A stretch of DNA of 56,922 nucleotides, from IMG/VR virus record IMGVR_UViG_3300037153_000232, positions 1 through 56,922 of that record. One strand, written 5' to 3'. Source of the stretch: a virus (Duplodnaviria; Caudoviricetes). The position numbers and the translations under genes were made by a program. Positions 27,291-36,859 of this stretch are shown here, piece after piece; within the stretch, counting starts at the first letter, position 1, and each line of letters opens with the position of its first letter. The notes under the pieces were generated by a model, which was not told the origin of the DNA, ran no database searches, and was given only the letters and a program-made list of their open reading frames with translations.

Positions 27291-30200
27291 GTGGAATGGT
27301 GGCTCGTGCCCGCGTTGTGGTTCGGCATGGGCCTGGGCCTGCTGGGCAGCATGTACTCCGAGATGGACCGACCGACGCCGCGTCTGGCCGACGCGCTGGT
27401 GATGCTGACCGTCGGGCCGTTCGTCATGGGCTGGCTGTGCGCAGCGCGAGCGATACGTGCCCGACGCCGCTGAGGAGCCGACCGCGACCTGCTGGACGGG
27501 CGCGCAGGTGTTCTGCGATGACGACGAGTGCCACGGTCGCGTGGACTACGTCGAGGACGTCGATCACGACGACGGCTCGTGCGAGGTCTTCAAGTGCCGC
27601 GCCTGCGGCAAACGTGTGCATGTGGAGCTACCCGACTGAATGACGCTGACCAATCTTGGACCTGGCGCGCCCGTCGCGCCCGCCAACCCGAGCGTGTGCT
27701 CGTGCTGCCAGGACGCCCGCGCCGAGGTGCGCCAGAACATCGTCGCCTGGTGGACGCCCTCGCCTGGCTGGGGCTACGGGCCTGACGGCCGCTTGATCTC
27801 GCTGTGTGAAGAGTGCATCAAGACTTTGCAGTTCTTCGTGGAGATCGGCACGACCAAGCCCAACGTGGTGGCCTGACAACCAGATTGTTGTCTGAATATG
27901 CGCGTCAACGTACACTTCGGGCGTGCATAGCCACCGACGCCGCACGCTGCGCGTCCATCTCGACCGCGACGGGCAACCTATCCAGCCGTCCACGATCTGC
28001 TGCTGCTGCGAGGACAGCGCAGGCAACCGCATCGCTTCCTTCCGCCGCGCCAAGGACAACGGCAACTTCGAGGAGACGCCGCGTGTGCCGCTGGCGAGCG
28101 GTCACTGCGGCTTCTGTGGCCGCAGCGTGAAGGAGCGTGCCGCGTGAGCGAGCCAGCGCTGATGTCCGCCAAGACGCTGGTCGCGCTGCTGCGCCAGTTG
28201 GCACGCCATATCGAGGCCGAGGACAGCTTCGAGGGCAGCTTCGAGTACCACGCCAGCACCAGGCAGGTCGGCTTCTACGAGGTCAACGCTGCCTACCGCA
28301 TCGGCAACAGCGACGGCGCGCAGGGCGGCATGATGCTCATCCAGGGCAACAGGTGACCCGCGCCGACGACATCGACCGCGAACTGGCGGCGCTCAACACG
28401 CTGATCTCGCGCCTGCACGCCAGCATGAGCCGCACTGACCGCGAGTGCATGGGCCTGCACGCTGGCCTGTCCGAGGCGGTGCATCGGCTGCGCGGCTACG
28501 GCGCGGACGTCTCCGACCTGCTGCTGGTGCTGGACGACCCGGGCAGCGCGCCGCTTACCTACCCGCGTGAACGCTTCCGCAAGCTCAGGACGCTCGAAGA
28601 AAACGCCGAGGAGTACGTCCGCATCTTCAAGCCCGAAGACTGCTGATGGCACGCCGCTCATCCGACTGTGCCTGGTGCACTGCAACGGGCCATACCACGG
28701 GGTGGACGCTATGACGCTGCTGGACGAACGACCCGTCAATCCCGAGCCGCCGACACACTGCCGAAGCTGCGGTGCCTGGATCTGGTGGCGCATCAACCCG
28801 TCGGGCAAGAAGCAGCCCTTCGACTACGACAAGGAGCACGAGCAGGCGCTCGACATGCCGCATCACGCCACCTGCCCGCAGGGACGCCAGTGGCAGAGAA
28901 CCAGATAAGCGTGCTGGTGGGCGAAGCGCCGCCAGGCACGTTCTGCAAGCCGTGCGGCAAGCCCGCCAGCGCTCGTCTCCAGCGTCTGGACCACGCCGAC
29001 GACGACATCCTGCTGTGCAGCGCGTGCTTCGAGCGGTTCAAGGACTTCACCAGCGACAAGGCGCTGGGCGTGACGCAGTACAAGGACGAGGCGATGGACT
29101 GGTGAAGCGGCCCACGGTCGGACACCTCGTGGTGCCGTACATGGTGGACGAGCGCGTGCAGCCCATCGACTTCAAGCTGGTGCATCCAGGCCACGTTACC
29201 AAGTGCGCCATGCAGCGCAGGTGCGGCATCTGCGGCAAGCCCATCCGAGGCTACCTGGCGTTCTGCGGCCCCGACGACGGGCGCTCGTGCTTCGGTGACC
29301 CGTGGATGCACCCCGAGTGCGGCAAGCTGGCCATGCAGCAGTGCCCCTTCCTGGCCGACCGTCGCGGCTGGCGCGAACCCGCCGATGGCAAGCTGAGCCA
29401 GGAGATGCTCGACCGCTACACGCACAACATGGCGCTCTACCAGGCTCCCAGCGGGCGGGCCTTCCGCGACGCCTTCGGCCACTGGCACTTCGAGGCGCTG
29501 GGCACGCTGAGGCCGCTGCGATGAGCGGCGTGCCGATGCAATTCGACCTGAGTTCTCTACTCGACCGCAACGCGTATAGCGGCGGCACCAAGCTCATCAT
29601 CGCGGGCACGATGCAATTGGTGCACAAGGACGACGGCATCGACATGGAACCCGTCTGGACGGCCGAAGTGTTCGAGCGCCCCAACCAGCGCAAGTGCACC
29701 ATTCGCCTCGTCGGGGATTCACCGAAGGCGCTGTTCGACCTGCTGAGCGCGCTGGCCGACGCGGGCGAGGTGGAGATCAAGCACGAGGCCGACGACGATG
29801 ACGACTGAGCCGCACGGCGAGCAGGTCTACATGACCATCCCCGTCACCGAGTTCGAGATGCTGCACACCCGCGCCAGCCACTACCTGGCGCAACGCGACT
29901 TCCTGTGGACGGCGCTGGAGCGGGTCAAGGCCGAGGGCGGCAAGGTATGCGCGGAGTTCGAGTTCTGCCAGCACGTGGCGTGCATGTCGAGCTACGCCGC
30001 GTGGAGCATCGCGGACGCCGCGCTGAAGGGAGAGACGCCCGAAAGTGCTAACGCCAAAGCTATCGCGGAGCGTAGACGCGAGACGGGTGATCTGTGAGCC
30101 TGGCCGCATATGACAGACATGATCCAGGCACGCCCCTTGCTGGCCGCGTGCATGAACTGCGGCCAGCGCGTGCGCGTGCCTGCCGAAACCGACCTGGGCG

Positions 30201-30675
30201 CGGGCGGCTGGCGCTTCAACGACCTGCACGGCTGGCTGTGCTACACGTGCGCCCGCCTCGACCTGCATCCCGCCAGGCGCAAGGCGGGCCAACCGCCCAA
30301 GCGCGGCTGAAACCCGTCAGTCGGCGGTTTCCGACGAGCGCCCGCCGAGCGCATTAGTACGGCAACACAAGCGATGGAGACGCCCGAGCTACCATGCCCA
30401 GTCTGAACCAGATCTTCGATTCACTGATCCTCGCCAAGGGCGAAGAGTTATGCGAGACGGTGCCCGCCGACAAGAGCCGCCACGCGCTGGCGATGGTCGC
30501 CTACGGCGTCGGCTTCCAGGCCGCGCTGGAACTGGCGCTTCTCGATCCCGAACTGGCCAGGAGCCTGATCGAGGGCATCCACACGCAGCAGGAGCACGAC
30601 GCGCCTGGCAGCAGCGAAGAGTTCAACACGACCGCGCTGCAATTCATCGACATCTCTCGGCGCGTCGCCGCCTGA
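27291..30675 (+). other. Cluster of about 13 short hypothetical ORFs, many with CxxC zinc ribbons
   Basis: ORFs at 27291, 27457, 27640, 27923, 28144, 28353, 28711, 29102, 29521, 29798, 30119 and 30394, mostly with coupled starts and stops. Confidence 0.55.
27875..27916 (+). promoter_or_regulatory. Palindromic operator overlapping a promoter (leaderless)
   Basis: GACAAC-N6-GTTGTC; TTGTCT(27888)-17 bp-TACACT(27911); GTG at 27923. Confidence 0.65.
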
Positions 30676-30687
30676 CCAGGGGAGCGG

Positions 30688-31476
30688 GTGGCACGCGGTA
30701 AGAACCCCGACGGGACGCCGAAGACCTACAAGTCTGACGCCCGTCGCCGGGTTCGTACCAACCGAGCTTCCCCAATCCCCCGTGCCGCCTACAACCCGCA
30801 GGTCTGGCACCAGAACCCGCAGATCCTGAGCCGCCTGGAGGTGGTCGAGAAGTACCGACTGGCGGGCCACACGGCCTTCCAGACCAGCCGACTGCTGGGC
30901 ATGGACTACTCGATCATCAAGGAGGACTACGAGCGCATCAGCGAACTGTGGCAGGCGCGGGCGGGTAGGAACATCGAAGCGCTGCGCGCCGAGGCGATGC
31001 GCAAGCTCGACAACGTCATCCACGAGGGCCTGGAGACGCTGCGCATGGACGAGCTTTACACGCAGGCGGTGCTGTTCAACATGCCCGTGCGGCTGCGCTG
31101 TCAGGGACGCCAGGAGCACCGCACCGAGCAACTGCTGCTGGCCGATCCGCTGGGCGCGCCAGGCCAGCAGGTGCCCACGACGTATGGGGAGGCCTTCTCG
31201 TGCCTCCAGGCGCACGAGATGACCAAGCGCGTCTACCACGACGAGAAGGGCGCTGCGAGCTACAGGCGCGTCGCTGGGCAGGTGCTGCAAGCCATCAACG
31301 CGGCCATCATGAACCAGGCGCGGCTGCAAGGCCTGGTGATCGAGAAGAAGGCGCTGACTGATAGTGAAGGGCACGACCTGCCGAGCGCGCTGCGCGACCT
31401 GCTGCTGGGCAAGCCCGTGGAGATCCGCGACGACGGGATGCCCGTGCGCCCAGCGCTGGACGTCGGCCTGACCTGA
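30688..31476 (+). CDS. Putative terminase small subunit
   Basis: Basic N-terminus, helical HTH-like region, QARLQGL motif; lies upstream of TerL. Confidence 0.55.
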   Translation: MARGKNPDGTPKTYKSDARRRVRTNRASPIPRAAYNPQVWHQNPQILSRLEVVEKYRLAGHTAFQTSRLLGMDYSIIKEDYERISELWQARAGRNIEALRAEAMRKLDNVIHEGLETLRMDELYTQAVLFNMPVRLRCQGRQEHRTEQLLLADPLGAPGQQVPTTYGEAFSCLQAHEMTKRVYHDEKGAASYRRVAGQVLQAINAAIMNQARLQGLVIEKKALTDSEGHDLPSALRDLLLGKPVEIRDDGMPVRPALDVGLT

Positions 31477-31492
31477 GTCTATCGTTGGCCGC

Positions 31493-32101
31493 ATGAGCCA
31501 ACCCGAGCCGAACTTCCCCAGGGCCGTCTGTCCAACCTGCCGCCGCGAGCACGCCGTCACGCTGGCCGAGGAGCCTGGCTCGCAGGTGACGACGATGTGC
31601 GGCTGCGGCAAGGTGCTGCTGATCGAGCGCGGCAACACACCGAGCAGCATGGTGGTCAGGGAGCAGTACGTGCCCACGCCCATCGTGCCGACCGCGCCAA
31701 CTGGCGGCACGCCCGAGGTCTGAATGGCGCAGCGCTGGGGCGTGATCTGCAAGACATGCCACCAGCCCGCCTTCGTGGTGCTGGGCGACCTGCCCGCGCC
31801 GTCTGACGTGGTCGTGGCCAGCCGCTGCGAGCACCTCGACGGTCGGCCGCTCCAGGCCGCTGACGCCAGCGCGCTGACTTGCGATAGCTGCGGCGTGGAC
31901 TTCACACTGAGTGGCGTCGAGCCAAGCACCGAATGGCGGCTGATGCCTGAGAGCTTCCAGCGTCCCTACAACCCGAACGACTCGCCCTTCGGCTCAGCGG
32001 CCGACCCGACTGACATTGCGCGGGTGCGACTGGCGATAGCCCAGGCAACAGCACCCCCAAAACGCCGCCCGAGCAGGCGACGACGGGAGCCGACTGCATG
32101 A
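31493..32101 (+). other. Two small zinc-ribbon ORFs (31493-31723, 31724-32101)
   Basis: CPTC/CGCG and CKTC/CDSC motifs. Confidence 0.5.
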
Positions 32102-32358
32102 CGATGACCACCGATGACGACGAGCGCGACTCGTTCTGGGACCGTGGACCCGACTTCGCACTGCGCGCCCGCGTGCTGACAGGCAGCTTCGGCTTCGGCC
32201 TGGCGACATGGGCCGCGTTGATCTACTTCATCAGGCGCTGGCTGGGCACCTGAGCTTGACGGTGCAGGATCGGCTGATCCTGCTGTTCCTGGCACTGTTC
32301 ACCATCGGGCTGATCCTGGGGTGCATCGCGTTTATCCTGACGCACCAGCACTACTGAG

Positions 32359-33762
32359 ATGGCCGTCATCCTGAAGCACGAGCAACTGCGACGCCTGGCG
32401 AACATCGTGGGCGCGTGTCGGGGTGATCGCTGCGAGTTCTCGAAGGTCTTCTTCGGCAAAGACCTGCGCGAGAGTCCCTGGCAGGTGGACGCGGTGAACA
32501 TGGGCGGCACGATCTCGACCAAGGTCGCGGGGCGGCGCTCGGGCAAGACGCTGACGACCACGGTGGACGCGGTGCACGCGTGCGTCACCAACGCCAACCA
32601 CACGTGGTACGTGACAGGCCCGAGCCTCGACCAGGCCAGCCTGTACTTCAACGAGATCGAGCAGGCGGCGATGCGGCCCGACGGGCTGATGGAGGCGCTG
32701 CTGGACGGGCCGATCAAGCGCTCGCCCTTCCCGAGCGTGAAGTTCGTCACGGGCAGCGACATCCACGCCCGTTCGACCGCCCGCGACGGCGTGTACCTGC
32801 GCGGCAAGGGTGCCAACGGCGTGGCCGTCACCGAGGCCGCGTTCATCAAGGACAAGGTGTATCAGGAGGTCATTCGAGCGATGGTGCTCGACCGTCGCGG
32901 CGTGATCCGCCTGGAGAGCACGCCCAACGGCTCGAACTACTTCCACGGCCTGCACGAACTGGCCAACGGCGCGTCGCGTGTGCTGCTGGACGGCTCTGGG
33001 CGCATCTACACCGACCCGTCGCACTACTACCGCACCATCCACGCGACCGTCTACGACAACCTGGCGGTGCCGCGTGAGGAGATCGAGCGCATCAAGCTGG
33101 AGGTGCCCGACTGGGTCTGGGACGTCGAGTACCTGGCCAAGTTCGTGGACGACGACGAACTGGTCTTCTCGTGGCCGCTGCTGGCCGACCTGTTCGATGA
33201 GGACTACCCGATGCAGGCCGAGCCAGAGATCGGCCACCGCTACGTGCTGGGCGTGGACCTGGCGCAGGTGCAGGACTACACCAGCCTGACGCTGCTGGAC
33301 GTCACCTTCTGGCCTGTGCGACTGGCCTACTGGGCGGTCTACCGAGGCAAGCCCTACACGGGCGTCGGCAGCGTGGTGGAGGACGTCAACAGCCTGCGCA
33401 ACCGCTTCAACAACGCCCGCGTGCTGATCGACGCCACCACCGAGAAGGCCGTGGCCGAGCAGGTCGTGGGCGCGGAGGCCTACGTCTTCAGCCAGACCAG
33501 CCGCAACGCGCTGCTGAGCAACCTTCAGGTGCTGCTGCAACAGCGCAAGTTCGAGCTACCTGCGGGCTACACGCGCCTGCGCGACGAGCTTCGAGCGCTG
33601 CGCCGCGTCAAGAAGGGCCAGTCGAGCCGCGTGGACCACCCGACAGGCGGGCACGACGACACCGTGGTCAGCCTGGCGCTGGCAGCCTGGCCGCTGCGCG
33701 CCGCCATCTCGCCTGGCAGCCGCGAGGCTATCGAGGCGGTCGTGTCAGGCAGCTTCGCCTGA
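32359..33762 (+). CDS. terL: Terminase large subunit
   Basis: AGRRSGKT Walker A, ESTPNG, LGVDLA and HDDTVVSLALA. Confidence 0.95.
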   Translation: MAVILKHEQLRRLANIVGACRGDRCEFSKVFFGKDLRESPWQVDAVNMGGTISTKVAGRRSGKTLTTTVDAVHACVTNANHTWYVTGPSLDQASLYFNEIEQAAMRPDGLMEALLDGPIKRSPFPSVKFVTGSDIHARSTARDGVYLRGKGANGVAVTEAAFIKDKVYQEVIRAMVLDRRGVIRLESTPNGSNYFHGLHELANGASRVLLDGSGRIYTDPSHYYRTIHATVYDNLAVPREEIERIKLEVPDWVWDVEYLAKFVDDDELVFSWPLLADLFDEDYPMQAEPEIGHRYVLGVDLAQVQDYTSLTLLDVTFWPVRLAYWAVYRGKPYTGVGSVVEDVNSLRNRFNNARVLIDATTEKAVAEQVVGAEAYVFSQTSRNALLSNLQVLLQQRKFELPAGYTRLRDELRALRRVKKGQSSRVDHPTGGHDDTVVSLALAAWPLRAAISPGSREAIEAVVSGSFA

Positions 33763-33783
33763 TGATGGATGTAAGCCAGGCTG

Positions 33784-34023
33784 ATGAGCATGTACGCTGG
33801 GTTGATGGTCAGCAAGCCAGCAGACGTCGAGCTACCCCGACTGATCGAGCGCTACCGTGTGACACGTGAACTGAGCGTCGGTGAGATGTGCCGCAAACTC
33901 GGCATCAACCGCCAGCGCTACTGGGACTGGCAGACCAACGGCATCCCGCAGGGCATGGTCACACTGGTGCGCCTGGCGATGCGCGAGGTGCAGCACCAGG
34001 GCAGGCAGCAGCGCCTACACTAG
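33784..34023 (+). CDS. Small XRE-type HTH protein
   Basis: LSVGEMCRKLGINRQRYWDWQTNG. Confidence 0.7.
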   Translation: MSMYAGLMVSKPADVELPRLIERYRVTRELSVGEMCRKLGINRQRYWDWQTNGIPQGMVTLVRLAMREVQHQGRQQRLH

Positions 34024-34027
34024 CGCC

Positions 34028-35584
34028 GTGCCGAACCCCATCACCAACGCGCTCAGCCGAGCCTTCAATCGGCTGGCCTATGGCGAGACGGACCCCTACG
34101 CGCCGCTGCGCCAGGACGGTGCCGCCATCACGGGCACGGGCTGGTGGCCCGGGCCAGGTGGTGCGTTCGACACCAGCCGCGTCGATTACGAGCGCGCCCG
34201 CAAGCTGTACCGCAACACCATCCCACAGTACAAGCTGGGCGCACACTTCAGCCGCCCGATCATCAACTACACGGCGGGCTATATCGGCGTGCCGCACTTC
34301 AAGAGCAAGGCCGACGTGCCCGAGGCGGACCAGGCGCTGAACGACTTCGATGAGCGCTTCGTGGCGCGCTTCCTGACCGTCAACCGCAACATGCTGCGCG
34401 ACGGCGACGTCTTCCTGCGGCTGGACTACGTGCCCGACAAGCTCGACCCGCGCAAGCGCCGCTTCGACGTGCGCATGGAGCACCCGGGCTGGTGCACGCC
34501 CAACCTCGATCCGATCTCGGGCGACTGGGAGAGCCTGGTCATCACCCACCCCGTCTATCCGACGATGCGCCCCGACGCGCAGGCCAAGCCGAGCTACGTC
34601 ATCACCGAGACGCTCACGCCAGACTCGATCCTCATCAAGGCCGACGAGCGCGCCCCAGCCGAGGTGCGAGCCAAGTATCCTGGCGAACCCGTACCGAACC
34701 CGTGGGGCTTTATTCCTGTGGTCCACTACAAGAACGAACCCGAGGAAAATCAGCTCTTCGGGGTGAGCGACCTCGAACCCCTTGAACCGTTGATGCGCGC
34801 CTACCACGACACGATGATGGTGGGTAACCAGGGCATCCGCCTGTTCGCCAAGCCCAAGGTCAAGTTCGTGCTGAAGGACGTCAACCGCTTCCTGGCCGAC
34901 AACTTCCCGGGCTGGCGACCTGGCCAGCCAGTCAACTTCCAGGGCCACGAGATCTTCCTGCTGACGCAGGACGAGGACGCCAACTACATCACCGCCGAGC
35001 CAGGCACGGCGGGCGTGGGCACGCTGCTGGAGTACCTGTTCTTCTGCATCCTCCAGACGGCGCAGGTGCCCGAGTTCGTGCTGGGCACCGCCGTCGCCTC
35101 CAGCCGCGCCAGCGTGGACACACAGATGGGGCCGTTCGTCAAGACCATCGAGCGCAAGCGCATGATGAGCACCGACCCCTACGTCGAGACGCACGAGATG
35201 TTCCTGGCGATGGCCAGCAAAGCACCTGGCTTCGGGATGCCCGCGCTGGACACCTACGAGGTCGAACCCGCCTGGCCCGAGATCCAGGCCAAGGACGAGA
35301 AGGCCGTGGCCGACACGCTGCTGTCGCTGTTCCAGGCCTTTCAGGTGGGCACGACCAGCGGCCTGGTGAGCATGGATGCTGCTAATGAGTTCCTGCGCGA
35401 CTTCGTGCCGACACTGCTGCCGTGGCTCGATTCTTCGGGCACTGAAGACGAGCGGCGACGCGTCATGAGCAGCCTGGCCTGGCTGGAGCGAGTCCAGAGC
35501 GGCGGGCTGCCGATGGACGTGAGCCAGCTTCAGGAGAACATGGGCCAGGGCACTGGCGACCTGACGGGGCAGCAAGCGGCCTAG
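34028..35584 (+). CDS. Portal protein
   Basis: Follows TerL; NPWGFIPVVHYKN and GVSDLEPL; TACACT box 6 nt before GTG. Confidence 0.88.
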   Translation: MPNPITNALSRAFNRLAYGETDPYAPLRQDGAAITGTGWWPGPGGAFDTSRVDYERARKLYRNTIPQYKLGAHFSRPIINYTAGYIGVPHFKSKADVPEADQALNDFDERFVARFLTVNRNMLRDGDVFLRLDYVPDKLDPRKRRFDVRMEHPGWCTPNLDPISGDWESLVITHPVYPTMRPDAQAKPSYVITETLTPDSILIKADERAPAEVRAKYPGEPVPNPWGFIPVVHYKNEPEENQLFGVSDLEPLEPLMRAYHDTMMVGNQGIRLFAKPKVKFVLKDVNRFLADNFPGWRPGQPVNFQGHEIFLLTQDEDANYITAEPGTAGVGTLLEYLFFCILQTAQVPEFVLGTAVASSRASVDTQMGPFVKTIERKRMMSTDPYVETHEMFLAMASKAPGFGMPALDTYEVEPAWPEIQAKDEKAVADTLLSLFQAFQVGTTSGLVSMDAANEFLRDFVPTLLPWLDSSGTEDERRRVMSSLAWLERVQSGGLPMDVSQLQENMGQGTGDLTGQQAA

Positions 35585-35612
35585 TGTGAAGAGAGGAGGT
35601 CGCTGGGTTTAC

Positions 35613-35777
35613 ATGGAGCAACATCGAGTGATCTGGACAGCGCCCTATGGTGGCACCATCGGGCTGCTGATCGCGCTGGTGGTGCTGATCGCGGCCGTGG
35701 TGCTGTGGCTGACCAGCCAGATGGACCCCAAGCTGTGCGCGATGTTCGGCGCGCTGGCGCTCGCCCGCTTGCTGTAG
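35613..35777 (+). CDS. Small membrane protein
   Basis: Two hydrophobic stretches. Confidence 0.5.
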   Translation: MEQHRVIWTAPYGGTIGLLIALVVLIAAVVLWLTSQMDPKLCAMFGALALARLL

Positions 35778-35891
35778 TTGGAGCCGACGCCCGAGGAGAA
35801 CAAGATCGGCTACGTGCTGATCGGCTTCTGCATCGCGCTGGGCCTGGTCATCCTGGCGCTCATCGGCGGGCACGTGGCGGGCTGGTTCTAG
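35778..35891 (+). CDS. Small single-pass membrane peptide (37 aa)
   Basis: Manual translation MEPTPEENKIGYVLIGFCIALGLVILALIGGHVAGWF. Confidence 0.45.
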   Translation: MEPTPEENKIGYVLIGFCIALGLVILALIGGHVAGWF

Positions 35892-35907
35892 CGTATAGTG
35901 CCGCCCC

Positions 35908-36069
35908 GTGCGACGGGGCCAGAACACCGTTGAGTACGGTTTGCTGCTGGCACTGGTCGCCATCCTCGTGCTGGCAGGCGGCTATGCCTTCGGTGCGACA
36001 CTCCAGGCCTGGTTCCAGACCATCCTCGACGTGATCCTGGCCTTCGGTCACGGCGTCCCTGGCCACTGA
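35908..36069 (+). CDS. flp: Flp-family (Tad) pilin
   Basis: Manual translation MRRGQNTVEYGLLLALVAILVLAGGYAFGATLQAWFQTI... carries the G|xxxxEY prepilin motif; TATAGT box at 35894. Confidence 0.85.
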   Translation: MRRGQNTVEYGLLLALVAILVLAGGYAFGATLQAWFQTILDVILAFGHGVPGH

Positions 36070-36226
36070 GTCGCCTGGGTCAAGAGAACGGCCCAGCGGC
36101 CTGTGGGACAGCGCTACGACGACGGTGACGAGCGCGTGGTTGCCTCCACGCCAGTCGGCCAGCAGCAGCACGAGTCCGACTGGTCACGCACCGCAGCGCT
36201 AACCCGAAGCATACACTGCAACGACG

Positions 36227-36859
36227 ATGGTGAGTACCTTCGATGAGGTCTTCCCGGGGCAGACGACGCTGCACGAGTACCTCGACAACCAGCCTGTCGA
36301 AGGGCCGCTGAACGACACCGAGAGCTACTACACGGGTCAGCAGCGCACCTGGCTGGCGCTGTACCTGCGGCAGTGCGCCGACGCGCTGGGGCTGGCTGAG
36401 TGGACGCTGCGGCTGTGGCACGAGCCGCCCGACGACGACGCGCACGCCAGCGTGACCGCCACATCGGGCCGCAAGTACGCCAGCTTCAAGTTCGACAGCT
36501 TCATGTTCCAGCAGGACGCGGACACGGCGCGCAACCACGTGGCGCACGAGCTTGGCCACGTGCTGTTCGAGATGCCGACGCAGATGGTGGACCACGACCT
36601 GAAGGGGCAGCTATCCGACTCGGCGCTGGCCATCTTCCAGTCGGGCTACCGCAGGCAGATGGAGTACGCCACCGACCACCTGGCGGGCCTGCTGGCGCGG
36701 CTGCTGCCGCTGCCGCCGTGGGCGTCGGTGGACGTGGCCGAGCGCACGCGCAAGGCGAACCTCACGGCGCAGGAGCAACACTCGCCCAACGGGCAGGTCG
36801 GTCAGAGTGAGCCAGCCACCATCACCGCCGCAGCCACCGCAGCCCCAGCCGAGCAATAG
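36227..36859 (+). CDS. Zincin-like (HExxH) metallopeptidase
   Basis: HVAHELGHVL with a downstream E. Confidence 0.6.
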   Translation: MVSTFDEVFPGQTTLHEYLDNQPVEGPLNDTESYYTGQQRTWLALYLRQCADALGLAEWTLRLWHEPPDDDAHASVTATSGRKYASFKFDSFMFQQDADTARNHVAHELGHVLFEMPTQMVDHDLKGQLSDSALAIFQSGYRRQMEYATDHLAGLLARLLPLPPWASVDVAERTRKANLTAQEQHSPNGQVGQSEPATITAAATAAPAEQ

